Shown one piece after another: positions 53,909 through 64,000 of a DNA stretch of 64,000 nt. The notes under the pieces were generated by a model, which made no database searches, was not told the origin of the DNA, and worked only from the letters and a program-made list of their open reading frames with translations. The DNA comes from Octopus vulgaris (Eukaryota), in contig OX597819.1 in NCBI GenBank assembly GCA_951406725.2, positions 48,422,001-48,486,000 of the forward strand, given 5' to 3'. Both the position numbers and the translations under genes were made by a program. The first letter of the stretch is position 1. Each line of letters starts with the position of its first letter.

Positions 53909-54375
53909 GCTTTTATGCACCATGCATCCATATGAGAGGTCCTCTCAACATAAATAATGCAGTATTTGGTGTTCTAACAAACCATCCATGTTAAGTTGGA
54001 CATAAAGATTGCTATTTGGTATTAATTCTGCTTCTATTACTATCAATTATTTTTTAATAAGCCTCATGGCTATTGCCACAGCAATGCCTGAAAAGACACT
54101 GAAATTCTCTATATCGTTGACAGTGAGATTTGGCTGTAATGTCATAACCTGACATCTGCCACTGAGGAGACTGGGCAGGTTGAAATCACGATCTGGTAGT
54201 ACTAGCGACCATAGTAGATAATTCTGGTCAGCCAACAAGTGCTTTTATGAACCATGTGTCCATGAATGGTCCTCTCAAGGTAAATAAAACAGTATTCAGT
54301 GTTCTAACAAAACGTCCATATTAAGTTGGACACAGATTACCTTTTGATATTAATACAGTTTCTGTTACTATTAAT
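53909..54375. repeat. Diverged ~135-140-bp direct repeats around a 193-bp spacer
   Basis: 53909-54047 and 54241-54375 share GCTTTTATG.ACCATG, GGTCCTCTCAA, GTGTTCTAACAAA, TTAAGTTGGACA and TTACTAT.AAT in the same order. Confidence 0.85.
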
Positions 54376-55933
54376 CGTACATATATTGGAATAAAATGCT
54401 TTTGGTGGTGTACAGAATAGTGCATTGGTAATAATGTTTATCAGAAATGAAGGAATTGTATCAGTTTATTTATATCCAAAATATTTGAATATATTCATTT
54501 ATATTTATATTTTTCAAGGAAATGAAATAAAAGAAAGAATATTTATGTCATTACATTTAAGAATTTCTTATATAGTGCATGAAAATGCTTAAGAATGTAT
54601 AGTAACCTTCAACCACAACTAATTTTATAGCAACAAATGTGGCAAGGCTGGAACATGAAATAGTTTTTCCATCCTTCAACTTAAATCAATTTCTAGTGAA
54701 TTTCCTACATATTTCAATATAGTTCTGAAAGAGATGAAAGACTAAACTGACCTAGATAGTGTTTGAAATATAAGCTCAATATTTATTACCAGCAGGTACC
54801 AACCAATTCTACACCAAAACTTCTTATCACAATTCCAACTGTGAGACAGCTCTAAAAACTTCAATTTAAAGATATGATGTACTGAACAATAAAGTATTAA
54901 AACATTTTACTTGTGCAACCTTTCAGTCTTTTAGGCCTAATTTTAAACTACATGATACAAAGACAACATTAAATTACATAAAGTAGAGAACGCCCAAGGG
55001 AAATATTCAGTTTAAAGTAAATTCTGACAAACTAGATTGCAAAAACAGGCAAATTCTCTCTGGCTCACCTTCACTCACTCACACACACACAAAATGGTAA
55101 CTGACCTATTTAAGCACTGCTAATGTAAATAAAGGCAATTATTTTTCTGTAATTTGGATTTATACATTATTTTGAATAATTTAAAGAATCTACACTAATA
55201 AAGTGCAGCAACTAGAGGAACACTAATTTTAACATTAAAAAAAAAAAAATTAATTTACTTATCTAATGAAACATTGAAACATCATTGTCTAATTTATATA
55301 TATTATAATCTGTTTAACATGAATTTTTCATATGTTAACAGAGCAGATCTATGATCAAAGGCATTCCAGCTGTGACCATCCCATGGCTCTCCCTACTCCA
55401 TAATGTACCTAGGATGTAAACCTGTGACATGACATGCTGCGATTTTTTTAGTTAACACATGGAGTTTTGGATCCCCCCCACCACCACCACCAAATTCCAC
55501 CCAGCTTTTTGTTTCCAAGTGTCTAAAAACCTTCCATCAGATTTTTCAACTTAATTTATGTTCCAAACACCAGCTTAATGACTAAGTTAGTTTACTAAAT
55601 TCTTAATTATTTTCAAAATTAACTGAAACAAATGCAGTGTGTGTCAAAAGAAATATGCTAACAAAAGAGTTAAAGAAATTAAAAGTTTGACAGGTTGGTT
55701 GCCATAACTGACTGACTTATAAGTTTTTTTCTTTTTTAAAGAAAACAAGGTGTTGAATGAAATCAATCTACTATTTCTAGCAGGTTGAATGACTACAAAT
55801 AGGTTCCCTTTGTTGGAATGGTTTCCACATTTTAAATGCTTTCATAATTCAACATGTACTAGACTCAATCTAGTTCCTGTATACTTTTTCAGATATCAAA
55901 GAAGCACATTTCAATAATGTGTGTGTGTGTATG

Positions 55934-55974
<41 letters not shown>

Positions 55975-58777
55975 AAAAAGCAGCATTTGTGGCATGCAAC
56001 TTTCAATTATCTGGTTGGGAGATGTTTTTTTAAAAAAATTATTTTCCTTATGTCTCTACCTTATATACCACCTAATAACTACCCTCTCATTGTTTTTCTT
56101 GAAAAAAAATTTTTTTTTATTATCCAGTCATCTACATTACTTTGCATGTCTATATCAACTTGCTCATCTTTCAAAGAATTTGTAAAGTAGACACAATGTC
56201 TCAGAAAATTTTAGAGAGAAGTATAGTCAATTGAACCAGCTCCAGTACTTGACTGGCACTTATGTTATTAACCCAAAAGGATGAATGGAAGGCATAGTCG
56301 AGCTTAGTGCAGTGGCTCATAAGGGGTGGGAAGAATTCCAACAGACAGGGAGTGCTGTGAAGATTGAAAGGAAGCAGACAAATTGCCATGTTTAATAAAA
56401 TTAGGACAGTTTCAAACTTATCTAAAGACCATAGCAAAGAATGAAGAATTATATGAATGAAAAAAAATTTTTTTGTCTCTTGATGAATAAGGAAGAGGAG
56501 AAGGGGAACTGAAATTTGTCAGTTTGAGAACTACCCTACCAGTGGGATTTGAGTTCTGACTGAATATGGCAAGGGATTTTAGATTTAGTCCATCACCACT
56601 CTACCAATCATGATAATTCATATGGTGACATTTTCAAGCTCAAATATATTCAAAACCATTTTGAATTTTTATCCACTCAGACTTGATAATATGAATTTGA
56701 ACAAGATACTAGGAATCCATTACATCAACTGTAGCCCCCGCTTTACAAAACAGACCAACCATAAACAAAAAAAGAACATTATTACTGTTTGATGTAAATC
56801 AAAGAAAAAAATGTCAGAAATTCATTATAATTCAAATATGAGTAAAAAGAGGCCTTGAAGTTGTTGTTGAACTTGCTGGTAAACCCACACCCTACTACCT
56901 TCAATAAAAGATATACTGGATAATGTAGTCCTCGATATAAAAAGGTTTGAAAACAAGATGAGATGCTCATGGGTGGAATATTTTTGACCATGGAGCTAAA
57001 TTGCAATAATCATTTTTTCACTGGAGCTCAAGGATTCATAAGGCCAGTCACTTAGTTTCTATGATATATGACTGAGATTACAACATCTCTTCTGAATGGG
57101 GCACTTGTGCATTGCAGGGTTTGAGGTTAGCAATTTTAAGAGAAGGGGGAGTAAATTGATTACATCAACTCCAGTATTTGACAGGTACTTTTTCTATTGA
57201 CCCCGAAGGAATTAAAAGGTAAAGTTAACCAAGGGAGGATTTGAATTTAAAATGTAAAGAGCTGGAAGAAATGCCACTAAGCACTGTCCGATGTGCTAAT
57301 GATTCTACCAGCTCACTGCCTTATAAATAACAACAATGGAGACTGGTTTTACATTAACAAGAACTAAGTGATGCAAATAACTAATAGACATAAAGTAACC
57401 AAGACTCTAGTGCAGATTACCAGAATATTACCAGAGGACCCCTCTCGTATTTATTCTAGTAGTTTGAGACATGGTTATCCAATGAAGTTTCTCCAAACTA
57501 TGAAGGCACTGCACTGTATTAAGCAAAGAAAGCAGGAATTGATCAGGTGGATAATGTCACACAAAATCAAAAACCTCGACATTCTAAAACTTTTGCCTAG
57601 CTTAGGGCTGGGATAGTCTCTCAGGATTCTACCAGCTGAATCTTCTCTTATATCACTTGTGCCATATTTCCTATCAAGAATTTTGCACTAAGCATTACAC
57701 TTAATTTTAATTCTACAGACTGTTGGCTAGAATTTCTCTCCTTAAAATTGATTAAATAAAATACTGATTACATACAGACACACACATATATGTATATATG
57801 TGTTTGTGTGTGTGTACAAATAATCATTTTGTCTTACTTGATTCAGTCATTAGAGGGTGACCATATTGTGGCACTGCCCTGAAGGGTTTTACTGAAACAA
57901 ATCAACCCTAGTGCTTACAGTTTTTTAAAAAAGTCTGGTACTTGTAAGTTATGTGGCCGTAAACAAGCCAACACTAGTTGTCAAATACTGGAAGGAGAAC
58001 AAACACAAACACATTTGCCCAACATACAGCACAGTGGGAATGAACCCGAAACCAAGTAGTTACAAAGAGAGTCTCACACACACAAAATTCAAGTAAGGAA
58101 CTTTATTCCACAACCATACACAGAAGACAAGAAACATTTTTGTTAGAGAAAGTGTGAATACAAAGACACACACACACACACATACACATACACACAGAGA
58201 GGTTTCTGCACAGTTTGAGGCTATAGAAGACCCTTGCTCATAGTGCCATATCCCTGAGTGAAACCCAAAGCCAAATGATTGCAAAACCAACTTCTTAACC
58301 ATGCAGACATATATAGGTTGTTGTTTTATTCAAACAACTTCACAGAATGAATGATGTACTCATTAAATACTACTAGTATAGAATGATACTGATTAACTTT
58401 TTGTTTTTTAATGTTAAGTTTTGGTGTCATAGCTCTAAGTCTTCTTTAAAAACACTGAAATAAATAGCTTTTAGCAGAACTCTTAAAGATAGCAAAATAA
58501 CAATAATGATGGAAAAAAAAAAATCCCCATTTAGTAACAAGCTAGAGAATTGCTATTAGTTTTAATTTTAAACATAAGATTTTAATGACTTCAACATCAG
58601 ATTCATTTTGTTATGAATAGTTTTTATGAATTTATACATTAGAAATCTACTATTGAGGTATGTATTTTAGAGAGACAGACTATTTTAAATTGAAAACTAT
58701 TTAACAATGAATGGGAAGTAGTGTCTAAGTAAATCAATATTTTCTACTTATTGACACAAAGCAAATTCAAAGATTTA

Positions 58778-58928
58778 CCGTATTTTAATGTGTATAAAGA
58801 ATCCCTTTTTTGTTTCTTATACATGGATAGTATAATAATCCTATACAAAGTCTTTTTTCTAAATTTTAAACCCCCAAAATTAGGAGGTTCCTGATATATG
58901 AGGGTTCCTTATACACGTTAAAATACTG
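58778..58928. mobile_element. Tc1/mariner superfamily (Tc2/pogo-like) MITE
   Basis: TA on both sides flanks TIRs CCGTATTTTAATGTGTATAA / TTATACACGTTAAAATACTG. Confidence 0.8.
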
Positions 58929-60969
58929 TAATTCACAACTTAAAGGCCACCATGCAGTTGAAGCAAATTTAACCACCTAGCCACTATTGAACACAGAAAG
59001 AAATATAAATATCAAACAAATACCGAAGAAAAGAAAGCATATTTCATTAGAATACATTTTAAGAGAGAACAAACAATACAACATGAAAAAGTTTATAAAA
59101 AATGATAGAGGCATAGACAAATAGAGAGATGGGGACAGAGAAAAATAGATTAGAATTTAAAATAACAAATATTGGCTACACATAATGCCAACTAATGAGA
59201 GATGGACCCTCCCTCCCCCTTAAGCTCCAATTATAACCTATCCAATTTTTCATGGTTTAAAGCATGTAGCCACATTAATTTATTGAGATTATTGCTATTA
59301 TCATTATATGTCAAATCCTGCATCAATGTGAGAAAAGTACATTTTTGTGGAGTGTTTTGTGTCTGAGAAAGCTGTTGAATTATGAGTATTTGTTCCATTT
59401 TCCTTGCTGTAGTATGCAACATGGACATTAAAAGGACATATTGCATAATAAGTAATATATAAAGTTGATAACTGATATGAGGTTTGACTGAAGCGAAGTT
59501 ACATGGTGGTAATTTGTACATCATAAGAAGTTTTATGCCAGTAGAAAGTCAACAGCTGGAGATTGCAATAAAATCTCTCATCAACAGGAATGGGAAATAG
59601 TTAGGTAATCACTCACTTGATTTAAAACTCCTTCAATCGATAGTTTTCTTTTTTTTTTTTTTTTGCAAACTACTTCCTTCCTACTCTAAGCAACACTAGT
59701 TTTGAAAGAAAGATCTATTCTAACTCATCTAGTTCCTTACTTTTAAGCAACTTAAACTAATGAACAGTAAGTAAAAACAAAGACGAAAAGAAACAACTCA
59801 GAAAAACTAATATTAAAACAGCTTAGAAAAACAAAATTAATTCATTAAAAATATCCTCCAACACAAAATGGAGAATATCACTGAACTAGAGTTGAAATTT
59901 TACAAGTCTATTGAAAGCTGTACAAGAAAAAGATTTCCTCTAATTTTAGCATGAAAAACTATATATAGCGTTGTTTACTACATCAGCAACTTTATGTAGG
60001 ATGATAGTAAGGTAGATGTGATGAAAGTATATCTACCTAAAAAACATATCAAATTCTCAGACTGGTTGTTAAAGCTAGTTCATATATCTATGAATGAGTT
60101 AAGCCAGTCTTGCAATATATATCTAAGTTCCGTATAAAATTCTAGCCAATATTAACAGAAATAAAAAAAAAAAAACACACACACACACCAAAAAACCAAG
60201 AACAATTTAGTGATCTTAGTGAAAGTGTATTTAAAGCTAAAGCTTATCTAATAGGTACATTTCAGCAGCAATATCTTCTTAGCATTTAAAATAACTTTAC
60301 ATATTTACATATGATATACTTTACAAGAACAGCTTTCCCAAAATTGGACATCCTGTGAAAGTCAGTCAAACACTGTATACACAGTAAATTAATTATGTTG
60401 AATTACAATTGAATTAAATGAAATTATAAAATGATACCTTCAGGAAGTCTTAACAGCATTTAAGATATAAACTGTTACTGATATTAACAAAACAAGATCA
60501 GTTCTCGCGATATCCTCCAGGAAATATAACATGAATGTAGTTCAAAGTCAAACAGTTCAGCTGAAGGACTAAGAGTATCCTAATATATCTAAGATAATCT
60601 TAAACTGCTATCTCATAGTATAACACTGAAAGAATGACTATATACCAAAATTCCTTTCTACTATAGGCACAGGGCCTGAAATTTTCAGGGAATTGGTGTG
60701 TGTGTGTGTGTGTGGGTGCTATTGATTGATTACACTGATCCCAATGCTCAATTGGTACTTTATTCTGTTGACCCTGAAAGGATGAAAGGCAAAGTCAACC
60801 TCAGCAGAATTTGATCACAGAATGTAAAGACAGATGAAATGCTGCTAAGCATTTTGCCCAGCATGCTAACAATTCTGCCAGCTTGCTTACCTTCTAGATA
60901 CCATAATTAAAAGAGGAAAGTATAATGGAAACATTATTATTTCTAAATCTCTCAGAGATATTCAGTAAC

Positions 60970-61184
60970 AGGCTTATTTGCCAACATAATATGGCTGTCC
61001 TGGAAGGGATGACTGTTACATCGTTTCCAGGTGGCTATACAAACACAATATCTGTGTCCAGTTCGAAAATATAACGACACAGATATTGTGCCATATAGCC
61101 AGTTGGAAATGATGTTTCCTGGGGGCTAACAACAGTAACAATTGCCCCTTCCAGGACAGCTATATTATGCTGGGAAAATAGCCT
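60970..61184. repeat. ~215-bp fold-back inverted repeat (MITE-like)
   Basis: The arms pair from AGGCTTATTTGCCAACATAATATGGCTGTCCTGGAAGGG / CCCTTCCAGGACAGCTATATTATGCTGGGAAAATAGCCT inward to CACAATATCTGTGTC / GACACAGATATTGTG, with a 17-nt loop and one ~20-nt bulge. Confidence 0.9.
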
Positions 61185-64000
61185 TTAGTTAATAGTTTAA
61201 TGATTTTTAAAATAAGTGCAAGGCTATAAATTTTAGAGGATGGGGAACAGTTGATTTCATCAATCCCAGTATTTGACAGATAATTTACATTACCAATACT
61301 GAAAGGTTGAAAGACAAAGTTGACTTTGGTGGGACATGAACACCAAATACAGAATGCTCTAACTACATATTGCAAAATAGTTTGTCTGAGACTAATGATT
61401 TTGTCAATCCATCACCTTTAGATTAAAAGTTAATGATAAAAAAAAATTATAATTTTCTGGCAAATTTCACAAATTTTCATTCCTGCCAATGGTTGATTAT
61501 CTCTGCAAAGCCAGACTGGCAGTCATTTGTAATTCTAGGTATTTCACAAAAATGGATTCATACCCAAAGAACAAACACATTATTTCATTTATTCAATTGT
61601 AGCAAAGAAAATTTTGTGTTCAGATTCACCGTAAATCCTTTCAAAATTTGCTTTCCATTTCATGTAAATTGATATTTGCTCAACTGGAACAAAAAGTATT
61701 TTATATACTTGGCATTGACATTGGAACAACAATAGCGTTTACTGCCACTCGTTACAATAAGCTACAATAACTTTATTATGGATATTCTAATCTCTCAACA
61801 CCTGCCATAAAGCCACCCACCCACTTACTTAGTCAATGGGAGCCTTTTTCATTCTTGCAAATTACATGACGGCTAGTGACAGTGGCATGAAAAAACATCC
61901 AGTACACACTCACTATAAAATAATTGGCATTAGGAAGGGCACCCAGCTGTAGAAACCACATCAAAATGACGATGGAGATTGATGCAGCCTTGCAGCTCAT
62001 TGGATCCTGACTGATTTATGCCAGCATAGAAAACAGATATTAAATTAATAATGATGATTCTAAATGTTGCAAAAGCAAAGAACTTATTACAAGTGTTAGT
62101 AATGTCAGACTAGATACTTTATGCTTTCTAATTCCATGACCTGCATTTCTTCATTCAAATCCGAGAGGTAGCTTTGTTTCTCTTCTTGAAGGCACCAGAA
62201 AGTTACTGTGAGTCACTTCAAGTAACTATATAATAGTTATGATAATCTTGCTTCCATTTTGGGTACTAATGACTAGATTCCCAAAAATGTCTTCTTTTTT
62301 TTTTTTTAACAAGTTAGAGAATGATTTGTGGGAGACTTGACTCTAAGTAGAACTAGCATGACCACAAAGGGGCTCCCTTGTTGGGTCATTATGAAATGAA
62401 AACAAAAAATCTTGTCTTGTGAAATAAGATATTTTCACTATAACCATATATAATTCTGTTATCAACAAAATAAACTATCATTTTCCAAAATGTAAATTAA
62501 TATAAAAATATACAAAATTATCATTATTATTTTTAAAAATTATTATTGTTTTGAAACTACGCTTTGATAGAGTCACATTTGTCAACAAAATAACTATTAG
62601 TTTATTATTTCAGCAAGTTAGTGCTATCAATTTTTCATCACACTTTATGTGACACTTGTTCACCAAGTTCTATGGCACCACTAAAATATTTACATATATT
62701 TTATATATACCCTTTATCCAACCCATGCAGCACCATAGTAATAGAGACATCAAAAACTATGATGATGACAATTTAAAAAACAAATACATAATAGTTTGGG
62801 AATGAAATGGCAAACAATTATCACTACATTAAAGCAAATAAATTATGTCCTATTAGCGATAAAATACCATTTTCTTGTGTAAAACAAATATATGGATATT
62901 AAAGAGAAAAAACATCAGGCAGGCAAAAAATATATATATAATTACCATAAAGTATCATAATATACACACACATACATGCATATATTCACACACAGATACA
63001 CACACACATGTACAAAGCAAAATACAAGCTGATCATTTACTAATGACCTTTCATCTAACAACTAAAGTTTTGACTGATTAGTAGTCAAGCACAGATTAAG
63101 CCAATCTTTAAATTAGTAGTATTCAGTAGAAAGAGGTATTATAGCTTTTGTTGAGATTAAAATGCTTCATTAAGAGAGCTCTTTAGCAACTGAATGTATC
63201 AGTACAAGGAGTCTACACATTCCATTAGCTTTTTTTTTATATTTGTTTGTTTTGTTGTTGTTGTTGAGAGGCTACACAATTTTACTTATGACAATTATGC
63301 AATCATGAGTTTATAAGTTATGCAGAACAGCATTTTTCTTAATGACTGACTCCCTTCTTAGTTATTTCTTATCACAAATTCTGGAATTCTATTTTACTTT
63401 AGTCTGGACCACATCATTCCAAGATTTTCTAAGTCTCTACCAATTCCTCTAATCATAAACACCCAAGATTTATTTTTGCCTCACATTTGAAGTTTAATTA
63501 TTAAGCACTTTCTTGACACAGATTCAGTCAGTCTATCTCTTATAGTAGGTATATTGTACATGTCTAACGTGTTCTCTATAGAGCTTTTGAAGATCCTCAA
63601 CCTTTGTTTCGACACAATCTCACTCACATCAGCATGGTACACAATATTTTTGGGTTGTTAGCAGTAGAGGGAAGAGGTAACGAAAGAGATAAAGGAGAGA
63701 GAACAGCTACAATAAAAGCAACTCTATATTTTGAGCAAATGAAGAATCTTCAATGCAGTCACTTGACAACCTAGAAATAGCAGCCAAAGCTATGCTGTTT
63801 AAATATCAAAGGCTTGTTGGACAAAAAACACAAAACAAAACCCATGATTGAAAAGCCCTTGGTAATAGGTGTACTTAATCAGGACTGAACAACAATAATA
63901 ACTTTCCCTAATACTCCTACAGCAGTGTTTCTTAATTCCTTTACGTACCATTCTGATTTCTTTTCCCCCCTTCATAACAGTAACAGCCATGCATTAAAGG

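Noticed and set aside
1-64000. Remaining ORF-track entries, tRNA-like sequences and CRISPR-like arrays
   Set aside because: The ORFs are short, low-complexity or derived from SINEs and microsatellites. The A/B-box sequences are SINE heads without full cloverleafs. No regularly spaced repeat-spacer array is present and the DNA is eukaryotic.

Overview
This is AT-rich, repeat-dense eukaryotic DNA. The SINE families and (TA)/(TG)/(GA) microsatellites look like those of Octopus or another coleoid cephalopod; this is an inference from recalled repeat families, not a database hit. The only host coding sequence I can support is two minus-strand exons of a Smurf (SMURF1/2-type C2-WW-HECT E3 ligase) gene, at 23313-23351 (39 nt) and 20403-20511 (109 nt), which encode part of the C2 domain. 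I did not find the first coding exon or the next downstream exon, so most or all of the window is probably long Smurf introns. These introns hold tRNA-derived SINEs, a decayed RTE-type LINE, a mariner remnant, an internally deleted piggyBac with related TTAA MITEs (one nested in another), hAT and Tc2/pogo-like MITEs, and a Helentron-like element interrupted by a Gypsy integrase fragment. The most unusual signals are RNA structures: a minimal type I hammerhead ribozyme-like motif with a swapped G3:C8 core on the Smurf sense strand (10719-10774), a second degenerate hammerhead next to a perfect 42-bp palindrome (40425-40543), a G:U-rich pre-miRNA-like hairpin (42507-42579), and a ~215-bp fold-back (60970-61184). 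Nearly all ORFs in the supplied track are spurious. Repeat boundaries were read by eye and are approximate unless a TSD or TIR is quoted.
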